Part shown: positions 18,962 to 28,985 of the stretch, one piece after another
Layout: each line of letters begins with the position of its first letter
How positions within the stretch are numbered: the first letter of the stretch is position 1
IMG/VR virus record: IMGVR_UViG_2671180890_000008
Direction: 5' to 3' (one strand)
Source of the DNA: a virus
Taxonomy: Duplodnaviria > Heunggongvirae > Uroviricota > Caudoviricetes
Length of the DNA stretch: 32,106 nt
Notes under the pieces: generated by a model
Seen by the model: only the letters and a program-made list of their open reading frames with translations
The model's database searches: none
What the model was told of the DNA's origin: nothing
Translations under genes and position numbers: made by a program

Positions 18962-20035
18962 TTACGCTCCCGGCTCTGCGGTCGCCTTAGCCGGTGTGGA
19001 GAAATCACCGACCTTAATTTTTTCCACCAGACAACCGGCGGCGTAGTCTTCCACCACGTAATCAATGTTCATTGACTCGTAGTTCTCCACGCGGTCGAGT
19101 TTCGGGTTTTCCACAATCACGCGGCGATGGCTGTCATCCATGTAGTAGATGGACAGGTTTTCCAGCTTCGTGATGAGCATCGCATCCGCCGGAAAGTACG
19201 GGACGCGTACCGCCGGCAGGTTACCGATGCGTTTCTGGCTGATAATGACGTCAGCGGCCAGCATTTCGCTGTTATCCTGCTCCTTGTTAACGATGGGGAA
19301 ATACTTGTCCGCCAGTAGCTGACGTCCCACAATCACCACAAGGTCAGGGTCTTCCTGATACCACGGTTCAATCAGGTTGTTGGTCGCATCCATCACCAGT
19401 GCATCAAGGCTGGCATAATCACCGCCCTTACCCACGCGGATAACCTCAGAGGTCGTGCGGCCTTCCTCGTCAGTGACCTTGCTCATCACGCGCGCCGGGG
19501 CTTCATTGCGGTATTTCTGCAGCCAGCCGACCGCCACATCCTGCAGCATCGGATTGCTGCTGCGGTCAGAGGTTTCGGCACGCTTCACGCCGTTAAAACC
19601 GGCCATGATGAAATCAAGGGACTGGCGTTTGATAATGGCGTTACGGATACGGAGCTGGAAATCCTGATAACGCGCCCACAGGTCAAGCGTTTTGTAGCGG
19701 ATATAAAAATCGAAGTTAATCTGGTCGCATTCGTACTTGTTGGACGCCAGCTTCGAGAAGTCCTTCGGCTGGCGCTCGGTGCCACCGGCGGTGTCGCTGG
19801 TGCTGGCAATGGAGCCGGTGACACCGATGCCAATTTTTTCCCCTTTCATTTCGCTGACCGGCACAATGTTGATGCGGGTCAGAAAATCAGAGGACTCCTG
19901 CATGGTGTTCATCAGGGTCTGGGTGACCGACGGTTCAACGGTGAATTTTTTCGACACATCACCTGCGTCGATGCCGTTCAGTTCGGCAACACGGGACAGA
20001 TAGGCATTAAATTTAAAGCGGGTTTCCTGGCGCAT
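18962..20035 (-). CDS. N: Major capsid protein N, 357 aa
   Basis: 357 aa, P2 gpN length and position. Confidence 0.9.
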   Translation of the reverse strand: MRQETRFKFNAYLSRVAELNGIDAGDVSKKFTVEPSVTQTLMNTMQESSDFLTRINIVPVSEMKGEKIGIGVTGSIASTSDTAGGTERQPKDFSKLASNKYECDQINFDFYIRYKTLDLWARYQDFQLRIRNAIIKRQSLDFIMAGFNGVKRAETSDRSSNPMLQDVAVGWLQKYRNEAPARVMSKVTDEEGRTTSEVIRVGKGGDYASLDALVMDATNNLIEPWYQEDPDLVVIVGRQLLADKYFPIVNKEQDNSEMLAADVIISQKRIGNLPAVRVPYFPADAMLITKLENLSIYYMDDSHRRVIVENPKLDRVENYESMNIDYVVEDYAAGCLVEKIKVGDFSTPAKATAEPGA

Positions 20036-20093
20036 AGTTTTTCCTGAAATTAAGGGTTAATCGTGAAGGTTTTCCCGGACTGACTGACGCCGG

Positions 20094-20948
20094 TCAGCAG
20101 TTCGTCATCAGGGCGTCACCGCCACCGCCGGTGGCCTTGCTGCGGCGCTGCTGGGTCAGACTTTCGGTGTGGTCGAGGCTGTTTTTCAGGCGGGTGAATG
20201 CCTGGCTGGTTTCATCCGCCCTGTCAGTCACCTCCTGCTTAAGTGCAGAAAAGGCGGTTTCCATCTCAGCAAGGCGCTGCTCAGTGGCGCTCAGTTTTTC
20301 CTGCACATGTTCAGCAACAGCGGTCACCGCTTCATGCACGTCATTCAGACGGGCGTCATCGCTGGCCTGTTTGCGGCCAAAAATGGATTTCACCTTTTCG
20401 GTCAGGGCGGTGAACACGGTTTCAGGCAGGTCTTCAAATTCCAGCTCAACGGGCGTTGCCACTGAAATCAGGTTTTCAGGGCTTAATTTGAAGCGGTTCA
20501 GAGGGTTGTGTTTTGCCGTGCGGCAGAATTCCAGGTATTCCGTGCCGAGGCTTGCCGGGTCATCGGTGACGGCCAGCCCCACCAGATAACATTTGCCGGT
20601 GTTGGCAAAGTTCGGCTGAATTTCCATTGAGGTGTAGACCTTCTGCGCGGCCTTGTTCATCGCGATAAGGTCATCGGTCGGGGTGATTTTCGCAAACAGC
20701 GCCCATTTGCCTTTCAGCGCCGAATCATCGTCAATCTTTTCGGCCTTCAGTTCGGCCACATCGCCATAACGCTTAAAAATACCGTCAGGCAGGATGCCGC
20801 GCAGATGTTCCAGGTTAATGCGGCAACCATAGACTCGCGGGTCAAAGGTTTCGGCCATTTCCTGAATATCCTGCGCACTGATGACACGCCCGTCACAGGT
20901 GTCACCCTCAACGCCGATACGAAAGAATTTTGAGACTTTTTTTGCCAT
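20094..20948 (-). CDS. O: Capsid scaffolding protein O, 284 aa
   Basis: Start at the internal Met (MAKKVSKFFRIGVEGDTCDGR...), giving the P2 gpO length of 284 aa. Confidence 0.85.
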   Translation of the reverse strand: MAKKVSKFFRIGVEGDTCDGRVISAQDIQEMAETFDPRVYGCRINLEHLRGILPDGIFKRYGDVAELKAEKIDDDSALKGKWALFAKITPTDDLIAMNKAAQKVYTSMEIQPNFANTGKCYLVGLAVTDDPASLGTEYLEFCRTAKHNPLNRFKLSPENLISVATPVELEFEDLPETVFTALTEKVKSIFGRKQASDDARLNDVHEAVTAVAEHVQEKLSATEQRLAEMETAFSALKQEVTDRADETSQAFTRLKNSLDHTESLTQQRRSKATGGGGDALMTNC

Positions 20949-21121
20949 TGTCAGGAGTCCTGAATAGTGATTAGAGGAGTCACATGTCGGCATCAGTTTC
21001 CCGACGATGCGCATCCTCCGCCATCAGTCCCGGATGGCTTATCACTGACACAACAGCACCTTAGCGAATCGCGGGGCGCGACTCAGTAGCCTTGCCGTGT
21101 ATTCATCACGGCGAGGTATTC

Positions 21122-22894
21122 ATGACCATCACCACAGACACCACTCTTTTACACGACCCGCGTCGTCAGGCGGCGCTGCTGTACTGGCAGGGATTTTCCG
21201 TGCCGCAGATTGCCGCCATGTTGCAGATGAAACGCCCGACGGTGCAGAGCTGGAAACAGCGCGACGGCTGGGACAGCGTTGCCCCCATCAGCCGTGTCGA
21301 AATGAGTCTGGAAGCGCGGCTGACCCAGCTCATCATCAAACCGCAGAAAACCGGCGGTGACTTCAAGGAAATTGACCTGCTCGGACGCCAGATTGAACGA
21401 CTGGCACGGGTCAACCGCTACAGCCAGACCGGCAACGAGGCAGACCTTAATCCGAACGTCGCTAACCGCAACAAAGGCGGGCGGCGCAAACCGAAAAAGA
21501 ATTTTTTCAGTGACGAGGCCATCGAAAAGCTGGAGCAGATTTTCTTTGAGCAGTCTTTCGAATATCAGTTGCACTGGTATCGCGCCGGGCTTGAGCACCG
21601 CATCCGCGATATCCTGAAATCCCGCCAGATTGGCGCGACGTTTTATTTTTCCCGCGAGGCGCTGCTGCGCGCCCTGAAAACCGGTCATAACCAGATTTTT
21701 CTGTCGGCCAGTAAAACGCAGGCGTATGTGTTCCGCGAATACATCATCGCCTTTGCCCGTCTGGTTGACGTTGACCTGACCGGTGACCCGATTGTCCTGG
21801 GCAATAACGGCGCAAAACTGATTTTTCTCGGCACCAACTCCAACACCGCACAGAGCCATAACGGCGACCTGTACGTCGACGAGATTTTCTGGATCCCGAA
21901 TTTTCAGGTACTGCGTAAGGTGGCATCAGGTATGGCCTCACAGAGTCACCTGCGTTCGACCTATTTCTCCACCCCGTCCACGCTGGCGCACGACGCCTAC
22001 CCGTTCTGGTCAGGTGAACTGTTCAACCGGGGACGCGCCAGCGCCGCCGAACGCGTGGAAATCGACGTCAGTCATAACGCCCTTGCCGGTGGGCTTCTCT
22101 GTGCGGACGGCCAGTGGCGGCAGATTGTCACCATTGAGGACGCCCTGAAAGGTGGCTGCACGCTGTTCGACATTGAGCAGCTCAAACGTGAAAACAGCGC
22201 CGACGATTTTAAAAACCTGTTCATGTGTGAATTTGTTGACGACAAGGCGTCGGTGTTCCCGTTCGAGGAGCTGCAACGCTGCATGGTCGACACGCTGGAA
22301 GAATGGGAAGACTATGCGCCGTTTGCCGCAAATCCGTTCGGCTCCCGCCCGGTATGGATTGGTTACGACCCGTCACACCGTGGCGACAGCGCCGGATGCG
22401 TGGTGCTGGCACCGCCGGTGGTGGCCGGTGGCAAATTCAGAATACTTGAGCGTCACCAGTGGAAAGGCATGGACTTTGCCACCCAGGCTGAATCCATCCG
22501 CAAACTCACCGAAAAATATAACGTTGAATACATCGGTATTGATGCCACCGGCCTCGGTGTCGGCGTGTTCCAGCTCGTGCGCTCGTTCTATCCCGCCGCG
22601 CGCGATATCCGCTACACGCCGGAAATGAAAACCGCAATGGTGCTCAAGGCAAAAGACGTTATCCGCCGAGGCTGTCTGGAATATGACGTCAGCGCCACCG
22701 ACATCACCAGCTCGTTTATGGCTATCCGCAAGACCATGACCAGCAGCGGACGCAGCGCCACCTATGAGGCCAGCCGCAGCGAGGAAGCCAGCCACGCCGA
22801 CCTCGCCTGGGCGACCATGCACGCCCTGTTAAATGAGCCACTCACCGCCGGTATCAGCACTCCGCTGACATCCACCATTCTGGAGTTTTACTGA
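21122..22894 (+). CDS. P: Terminase large (ATPase) subunit P, 590 aa
   Basis: Start at the internal Met (MTITTDTTLLHDPRRQ...) preceded by GAGG; 590 aa as P2 gpP; divergent from O. Confidence 0.9.
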   Translation: MTITTDTTLLHDPRRQAALLYWQGFSVPQIAAMLQMKRPTVQSWKQRDGWDSVAPISRVEMSLEARLTQLIIKPQKTGGDFKEIDLLGRQIERLARVNRYSQTGNEADLNPNVANRNKGGRRKPKKNFFSDEAIEKLEQIFFEQSFEYQLHWYRAGLEHRIRDILKSRQIGATFYFSREALLRALKTGHNQIFLSASKTQAYVFREYIIAFARLVDVDLTGDPIVLGNNGAKLIFLGTNSNTAQSHNGDLYVDEIFWIPNFQVLRKVASGMASQSHLRSTYFSTPSTLAHDAYPFWSGELFNRGRASAAERVEIDVSHNALAGGLLCADGQWRQIVTIEDALKGGCTLFDIEQLKRENSADDFKNLFMCEFVDDKASVFPFEELQRCMVDTLEEWEDYAPFAANPFGSRPVWIGYDPSHRGDSAGCVVLAPPVVAGGKFRILERHQWKGMDFATQAESIRKLTEKYNVEYIGIDATGLGVGVFQLVRSFYPAARDIRYTPEMKTAMVLKAKDVIRRGCLEYDVSATDITSSFMAIRKTMTSSGRSATYEASRSEEASHADLAWATMHALLNEPLTAGISTPLTSTILEFY

Positions 22895-23928
22895 TGAGCA
22901 AGAAAAAAGGGAAAACACCGCAACCTGCGGCAAAAACAATGACCGCCAGCGCCCCGAAAATGGAGGCATTCACCTTTGGTGAGCCGGTACCGGTACTCGA
23001 CCGCCGTGACATTCTGGATTACGTCGAGTGCATCAGTAACGGCAGATGGTATGAGCCGCCGGTCAGCTTTACCGGTCTGGCAAAAAGCCTGCGTGCTGCC
23101 GTGCATCACAGCTCACCGATTTACGTCAAACGCAATATTCTGGCCTCGACATTTATCCCGCATCCGTGGCTTTCCCAGCAGGATTTCAGCCGCTTTGTGC
23201 TGGATTTTCTGGTGTTCGGTAATGCGTTTCTGGAAAAGCGTTACAGCACCACCGGTAAAGTTATCAGGCTGGAAACCTCACCGGCAAAATATACCCGCCG
23301 TGGTGTGGAAGAGGATGTTTACTGGTGGGTGCCGTCCTTCAACGAGCCGACAGCCTTCGCGCCCGGCTCCGTGTTTCACCTGCTGGAGCCGGATATTAAT
23401 CAGGAGCTGTACGGCCTGCCGGAATATCTCAGCGCCCTTAACTCTGCCTGGCTGAATGAGTCGGCCACGCTGTTCCGCCGCAAGTATTACGAAAACGGCG
23501 CACATGCCGGATACATCATGTACGTCACCGATGCCGTGCAGGATCGCAACGATATCGAAATGCTTCGCGAAAACATGGTCAAGTCGAAAGGCCGCAACAA
23601 CTTTAAAAATCTGTTTCTCTATGCCCCGCAAGGGAAAGCCGACGGCATTAAAATTATCCCGCTCAGTGAAGTGGCAACGAAGGACGATTTTTTTAATATC
23701 AAAAAAGCCAGCGCCGCTGACCTGCTGGACGCGCACCGCATCCCCTTTCAGTTGATGGGCGGCAAGCCGGAGAACGTCGGGTCGCTGGGTGATATTGAGA
23801 AAGTGGCAAAGGTCTTTGTCCGCAATGAGCTTATCCCGTTACAGGACAGGATCCGCGAGATAAACGGCTGGCTCGGCCAGGAGGTCATCCGCTTTAAAAA
23901 CTACTCACTGGACACTGACAACGGCTGA
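22894..23928 (+). CDS. Q: Portal protein Q, 344 aa
   Basis: 344 aa, P2 gpQ length; last gene before cos. Confidence 0.9.
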   Translation: MSKKKGKTPQPAAKTMTASAPKMEAFTFGEPVPVLDRRDILDYVECISNGRWYEPPVSFTGLAKSLRAAVHHSSPIYVKRNILASTFIPHPWLSQQDFSRFVLDFLVFGNAFLEKRYSTTGKVIRLETSPAKYTRRGVEEDVYWWVPSFNEPTAFAPGSVFHLLEPDINQELYGLPEYLSALNSAWLNESATLFRRKYYENGAHAGYIMYVTDAVQDRNDIEMLRENMVKSKGRNNFKNLFLYAPQGKADGIKIIPLSEVATKDDFFNIKKASAADLLDAHRIPFQLMGGKPENVGSLGDIEKVAKVFVRNELIPLQDRIREINGWLGQEVIRFKNYSLDTDNG

Positions 23929-23933
23929 ACATC

Positions 23934-23955
23934 GCCGCCTGCGGGCGGCTTTTTT
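23934..23955 (+). terminator. Rho-independent terminator after Q
   Basis: GCCGCC-tgcg-GGCGGC stem-loop followed by TTTTTT, starting 6 nt after the Q stop. Confidence 0.7.
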
Positions 23956-24097
23956 ACACCCCGTCATCACGCCCTCACACGCTCACCACCGCACAAAACA
24001 CCCCGCAGACACACCAACGCCCCGGCGCACAATATAAACGCCATCACGACGCGCTCAGACGCTGAAAAAATAAAATCAGCACCACCGCCAGCGCGCA

Positions 24098-24116
24098 GTG
24101 CTTTCCCCGCCTCGCC
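24098..24116. other. cos: cos site (19-nt cohesive end core)
   Basis: 'GTGCTTTCCCCGCCTCGCC' is the reverse complement of the P2 cohesive end as I remember it (GGCGAGGCGGGGAAAGCAC); located between Q and A. Confidence 0.6.
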
Positions 24117-24267
24117 CGCCCGCTTCATGGGTCGGTTTGAATGCAGTTGAATTACAACTACCAAACCAAGCAATCCCTACTATTACGCAGAAAATGCATA
24201 CTGAAATACCTCGTGCAAATTGATGCAGCTAAGTATGCATAGGTTTTATGCCTCAACGTATACGTTA

Positions 24268-26100
24268 TCAAACAGAGCCCTGTTCAAATACAGTATCAAA
24301 ATATGGTAGGAGAGGATAAGCACACAGAAAGAAAATCAGGATGCATGCATATGTCGTTGTTTCATCGTAACAAGCATTAGTATATAAATTACCATGTGCT
24401 AATTTATGTCTTAAGGTTGCCCCACTCTTTCTATTAAAAAGAACATCGATAGTTAAAACAAGATTCTTAGAAAAGATACTTTCCAAATCATCTCTGCATT
24501 TATCTAGAAGCTGAGAAATACTTGTTGACTCCTCTAATCCCTTATCCAAATATCTAGTAGCATCCTTTCCACTAAGCTCATAATAATAACGAACCATACC
24601 TTCCATTTGTGGTATTAAAAGATAAGCTGCACTGATGTAATCTCCCTGCCATAATTTGTAAAAGCCCAAATTAAAAATCTCCCTAAACTCCGGCTTGACA
24701 ATTGGACTAGTTGTAACTAATTTAACGAATGTTGACAACGTCAAGCCATGTTCTTGAGAAAGTACATAGCGAGCAGGTTCAAAGACACCGTTTACAAAAA
24801 TCTTATGAGTAATCTCGAAATTTCTTAGATATTGATCAATAACAACATCATCACTCATATCTTTTTTATTATCCAACGGCGGGATTGTATATACCTTACG
24901 CCCACTCTCATCATTAATTTCTGTTCCAACAAAACTAGAGAATAAACTTTTTTCTGATAATCTTAAAACTTGCTCCCTCATGCTTTCAATATTTTCAATC
25001 GGTGTTTCACGCATTAAAACTTTGAATATATCGGGCAAAGAACGCCCCGTCAGTTTTTTTTCACTTTCAGCAACCAAGTCACTAATATCAATAGAATGGC
25101 TTAAAGTGACATATTCACTCCTTACTTCTTCTCTCAAATTAGCAAGTTGTTCCTTTAAATCTTCTATCTGTTGTCTATCACCACCGTACTGTCTTAATTC
25201 AGAGATAGCTGTTCTTAACCAAGAGATCTTACCCATATTATCAGGTCGATCTGTTGCAACTTTAATAGTAATATTTGCAGATGCCAGTTTACATCTCTTG
25301 GCACGTTCATACTCACCATTTTTTTCATAAATAACTGCACTTGTCATATAAAGTGATTTTACAGCATCATAATATTTTTTATCTTTATGCTGCTCAGCCA
25401 TCTTCTCAGCATTTTCCGCATACTGCAGATTATACCCATCAAAATCACGCACCATAAACCAAGTCAAATTATTGAAACCTTCAAAGATTAATCTTTCATT
25501 TTGAATACTATAAAGAGAATGAATGGCATTTTTAATCGCCATGTTTCCTTCTGATTTTCTAGGGTAGACCATTTTATTAATGTGCAAAGCCCTAGCAATA
25601 TAATCACGAGCAAAAATAAAGCAATTTAAATCACTTTCATTCATGCTTTCGTTTTTTATTATTAGTTTTTCAATTGCTATATTTAGCATTTCAGCATAGG
25701 AATCAATTGCTTTAATTGCCACGTCTTTATTTTTCCGGTTATTACACCAAACAACATCATATATTCTTGATAACAAAAATGGATTGGTTATTTTTTGAGA
25801 AACATATAAAAGACAGTCATTCACCTGCTCATCAAAATCTTCAGGCAATATTGATCTTTTATTACCCCAAATCATTTGGGGTTCAAATGATGGAGTGTTG
25901 TTAACAACTTGCAAATTGAAACTATATAGCATACCAAAAAGAGATGCTAATTTTTTCTCTTTGGGGTTTTCTGATGATTCAGCAATCCCATCCAGATATT
26001 TTTTTATTTTATGTGCATGAAATGTAACTGGTATATGCATAAAAACACTATAATCTAGTGTTTCAAGCTCTTCCCTTGTAAGAACAAAGATATCATTCAT
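24268..26100 (-). CDS. Cargo gene at the tin/old position: 610-aa protein of unknown function with a C-terminal R-x4-H-x-G (HEPN-like) motif; candidate single-gene anti-phage defence protein
   Basis: Long open frame in a strongly AT-rich island. Start at Met35 of the track ORF (MNDIFVLTREELETL...), preceded by AGGTG with a 6-nt spacer. No Walker A motif. 'ATLRHKLAHGNLY' is encoded at 24394-24411. Replaces P2 tin/old. Confidence 0.8.
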   Translation of the reverse strand: MNDIFVLTREELETLDYSVFMHIPVTFHAHKIKKYLDGIAESSENPKEKKLASLFGMLYSFNLQVVNNTPSFEPQMIWGNKRSILPEDFDEQVNDCLLYVSQKITNPFLLSRIYDVVWCNNRKNKDVAIKAIDSYAEMLNIAIEKLIIKNESMNESDLNCFIFARDYIARALHINKMVYPRKSEGNMAIKNAIHSLYSIQNERLIFEGFNNLTWFMVRDFDGYNLQYAENAEKMAEQHKDKKYYDAVKSLYMTSAVIYEKNGEYERAKRCKLASANITIKVATDRPDNMGKISWLRTAISELRQYGGDRQQIEDLKEQLANLREEVRSEYVTLSHSIDISDLVAESEKKLTGRSLPDIFKVLMRETPIENIESMREQVLRLSEKSLFSSFVGTEINDESGRKVYTIPPLDNKKDMSDDVVIDQYLRNFEITHKIFVNGVFEPARYVLSQEHGLTLSTFVKLVTTSPIVKPEFREIFNLGFYKLWQGDYISAAYLLIPQMEGMVRYYYELSGKDATRYLDKGLEESTSISQLLDKCRDDLESIFSKNLVLTIDVLFNRKSGATLRHKLAHGNLYTNACYDETTTYACILIFFLCAYPLLPYFDTVFEQGSV

Positions 26101-26116
26101 CGTTTTCACCTTTTTC

Positions 26117-26144
26117 AGTATAAATTTGCACACATTATTAGCAA
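26117..26144 (-). promoter_or_regulatory. Candidate sigma70 promoter for the 610-aa cargo gene (-35 TTGCTA, 16-nt spacer, -10 TATACT)
   Basis: Minus strand reads TTGCTA-(16 nt)-TATACT about 17 nt upstream of the start codon. Confidence 0.35.
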
Positions 26145-26216
26145 CATAATTATCAATAGTTAACACATGCAGATAAACAGCAATTTTACTATTATGCAAC
26201 AAATTAAATCAGATGT

Positions 26217-28499
26217 TTATTGCTCTGAATAACAATAAAACCAACTCCACTCATCAGCGACCGGATACGTGAATTTTTTCCCGTCATAATTTACGGTCGC
26301 GCCACGCGCCAGCGCCTCAAGGTCCCATCGCTGCGGCCTGATACCGTTCTGAGCAAGGTCAACGCGGATACGGGTAATTTGCATTCTTTCTGACCGGGTC
26401 AGTCTGGCAGATGGTGCAATTTCATGCGGTTTTAACGGGATTCCGTTTCTTTGCTGACGATTTGGTGTTCTCAGTCCGTGTTTTAATGCGCCCCTGAGCG
26501 CCATCACGACCTCCGGGTCACTCCATTCGATAACACCGTCATCTACCAGATTAAGCACTGCTGCGGCGTGCTCAGAAGGTGTGGGAGCCGGTGACGAAGT
26601 ATCACCACCGGTGAGCTTTCCACAGTTATTGACAGGACTCCGAGGCGCGGCGATGCCGCTTTTTAAAGTCAAAGGCTCAACGACCGGAACTTTCGGCACA
26701 ATGCGCCAGTCCGTCGTTCTGGTGATATGAATATGACGCGCGCCGAGATGCGGCGCGTAAATGCCGACCACTCTCTCGACTTCTTCCTCGTACTCGTTAA
26801 CGTCATCCGACGGACTACGGGCAACCCTGACAGTCTGACAATCGCGCGGAACATTTGCCCCACCCTGCGCGCTGATATACAACGCAAAATCACCTCTGTC
26901 TGCGGCAGCGCGTGCAGCCTCGACGCGTTCGTCAAACTCATCAGCAATACTGACGCCGCGAGGCAATTTGCGTAGTTCACGGTAAGCCCCCATTGTCGGC
27001 AGGCCAACCGTTTTAAATTGCGGGATGCGCCACGTTGACGCCCATGCGGTAACAGCCGCAGCAGTATCTTTCAGCGGCCTGCCGGTATCGTTATCGAGCT
27101 GACCATCCAGTGCATAGCCGTCGATGTTTTTTGAGATGTATTTCGCGATATACCCCGCAGCACCGCCCCGATTAAGGTGTTTTGCCTGAAAACGGTTTCG
27201 CGCGGCTCCTCTTTCGTCGCCATCCTCTTTGAGCGCATAGCGACGCATGATTTCGATAATCTGGTTACGCTGGCGCGGATTACAAAAAAGCATCATATGC
27301 CAGTGCGGCGTTCCGTCGTGGTGTGGCTCGACGACACGCAAACCGTAGACCTGTAAATCATTATCCTTGAATGCCGTGCGCATCAGGCTCCAGATATGGC
27401 AGAGATAACGCTGCGCATCCTTTGGATTAAATGCCTCATCGTTCCAGCCGTGATTTAGCTGGACAGTTTTACTTTCGCCTTTTCCGACCTGACGTGTCGG
27501 GTGATACTTTGACGGCGCGGTCAGCGTGATAAACATCCCCACATCACCCTCTGCTGCGGCGTAACGCTCAATACCGGCAATGGTGTTCATCAGCTCCATC
27601 CGGCGAATTTCAGGATTAGAAATACTGCCCATCACCTTACTGATAAGGTCGATGCGCTCGCCGGTTTCCCTGTTTTCAAGGTCACACGATTTAAGAAATT
27701 CCAGATTTGCCTGGCGGCGCGCACGCACATCACGAATGGCATGTTTACTGGCATAAGGAGAACGGTCTTTATTGACCTCCCCGACAGCAATCAGTAACGC
27801 CTCATGCCAGCGCATACGCTGGCCTTTAAGCTGATGAATCCACCACTCATCGTTAAACAGGCGGGCAATGGCAGAATATGCCTGCCTCGTGGTCATCTGC
27901 CCTTTACGGTATTTTTTCCAGTAGAGCGGGGAAATATTGAAAGCACGTGCAGCGCCAGCAACATGACCATACAGGTGAGCCTGCGCCTCATCCGTAAACA
28001 GCGATTCTTTTTCGCCATGGGCATCCACCCAGGCATCGCAGAGTTCCTCATACATCATGAAAAGCTGCGATGAGATACGGGCGGCAAATTTTTTCAGCTC
28101 CTTGTCATTCATTCCCGGCAGGCGCGCATAGTGGTCACGCTCTGCCAGAAACAGTAACGACGCGTCGGTGTTCATTTCATGGCGCTGATTCACGCGCTCA
28201 ATGCGCGGCCATAAACGACGCTGAAAAGTGGCTGTGAGGAAATAAAACCCGTGCACCGGGCTTTTATTGCGCCGGATGTAGTCATAGCGTGAAGTAAACA
28301 GCGAGCGCAAAAAGTAAGGCAGGCGGTTAATCGTGGATAAAACACCTTGCACCTGACGCATCTCGTCACGTGTAAGGGGTCTTTCGCGCCCGACAGCCTC
28401 GCGTGGCGTGTTCCATGCATAAGCACCGGTAAACGCCTTACCGGTGCCTGCGGCAAATGCTGACGGAGGGACAAAACGCCCGGAGGCTTTAACGGCCAT
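26217..28499 (-). CDS. A: Replication initiation protein A (rolling-circle nickase), 760 aa
   Basis: Start at the internal Met (MAVKASGRFVPPSAFAAGTGK...), which matches the P2 gpA N-terminus as remembered; length about equal to P2 gpA. Confidence 0.9.
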   Translation of the reverse strand: MAVKASGRFVPPSAFAAGTGKAFTGAYAWNTPREAVGRERPLTRDEMRQVQGVLSTINRLPYFLRSLFTSRYDYIRRNKSPVHGFYFLTATFQRRLWPRIERVNQRHEMNTDASLLFLAERDHYARLPGMNDKELKKFAARISSQLFMMYEELCDAWVDAHGEKESLFTDEAQAHLYGHVAGAARAFNISPLYWKKYRKGQMTTRQAYSAIARLFNDEWWIHQLKGQRMRWHEALLIAVGEVNKDRSPYASKHAIRDVRARRQANLEFLKSCDLENRETGERIDLISKVMGSISNPEIRRMELMNTIAGIERYAAAEGDVGMFITLTAPSKYHPTRQVGKGESKTVQLNHGWNDEAFNPKDAQRYLCHIWSLMRTAFKDNDLQVYGLRVVEPHHDGTPHWHMMLFCNPRQRNQIIEIMRRYALKEDGDERGAARNRFQAKHLNRGGAAGYIAKYISKNIDGYALDGQLDNDTGRPLKDTAAAVTAWASTWRIPQFKTVGLPTMGAYRELRKLPRGVSIADEFDERVEAARAAADRGDFALYISAQGGANVPRDCQTVRVARSPSDDVNEYEEEVERVVGIYAPHLGARHIHITRTTDWRIVPKVPVVEPLTLKSGIAAPRSPVNNCGKLTGGDTSSPAPTPSEHAAAVLNLVDDGVIEWSDPEVVMALRGALKHGLRTPNRQQRNGIPLKPHEIAPSARLTRSERMQITRIRVDLAQNGIRPQRWDLEALARGATVNYDGKKFTYPVADEWSWFYCYSEQ

Positions 28500-28764
28500 A
28501 TGAGCCAAAAGCCTCTGAACAACGCTTGCTGAGTTGCTCAACCTGCGCGTTTAAATCAGCAAAAGACTTTGCGCTTCCGGTCAGAATATCGTGATGCATC
28601 AGGCCGGAAACGAGCTGGCTTAATTTCGGGTAATAACCAACCACCGCCAGCCATTCCTGACCGGCGTTTTTACCGCTTTCCGCTCTCTTTTTCTCGTGGA
28701 GAATAAACTGAAAGCTGTCACTGGTAACGACATAACGTTCGCCAATTTCGATACGAATACTCAT
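28489..28764 (-). CDS. Small early-operon protein, 91 aa, function unknown
   Basis: ORF in the B-to-A interval where P2 carries orf80-83. Confidence 0.6.
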   Translation of the reverse strand: MSIRIEIGERYVVTSDSFQFILHEKKRAESGKNAGQEWLAVVGYYPKLSQLVSGLMHHDILTGSAKSFADLNAQVEQLSKRCSEAFGSYGR

Positions 28765-28985
28765 GCCATTCTCCGGTAATGTTTGTTTTTTGCTTCAAAG
28801 ACTGACTGACAGGAAACACAACGCGTGGCTGACGGATAAGCCGCACGACGGGCAGCAGGTATTGGCGCGTCACACTCTTCGCAAACCAGCGCAGAAGCAC
28901 CGCAATGTTTTACCCTTGCCGCGTTAATCTGGCGCTCCAGTAATTCAGCCTGTTGTTCCTGAATAAAATCTACGTTGTCCGGCAT
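28761..28985 (-). CDS. Small early-operon protein with a C4 zinc finger (DksA/TraR-like), 74 aa
   Basis: 'CGASALVCEECDAPIPAARRAAYPSATRCVSCQ' has a CxxC...CxxC arrangement. Confidence 0.6.
   Translation of the reverse strand: MPDNVDFIQEQQAELLERQINAARVKHCGASALVCEECDAPIPAARRAAYPSATRCVSCQSVFEAKNKHYRRMA

Noticed and set aside
20949-21121. Ogr-type TGT-N12-ACA late-promoter dyads in the P/O divergent region, and likewise upstream of V and FI
   Set aside because: Only imperfect candidates by eye (for example TGG-N12-ACA near 21035-21052); too uncertain to annotate without alignment to P2.
21097-22822. Several ORFs on both strands overlapping terminase gene P (87, 236, 82, 86, 158, 149 aa)
   Set aside because: All overlap the 590-aa terminase gene, which accounts for the region.
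23967-24173. 68-aa minus-strand ORF spanning the cos site
   Set aside because: Crosses the cohesive-end site and the GC/AT transition; no ribosome-binding site.
26101-26202. 34-codon N-terminal extension of the 610-aa cargo ORF
   Set aside because: It would overlap the predicted promoter; the internal Met at 26100 has a proper AGGTG site.
28500-28541. 14-codon N-terminal extension of gene A
   Set aside because: P2 gpA begins MAVKASGRF as I recall; the extension overlaps the upstream 91-aa ORF.
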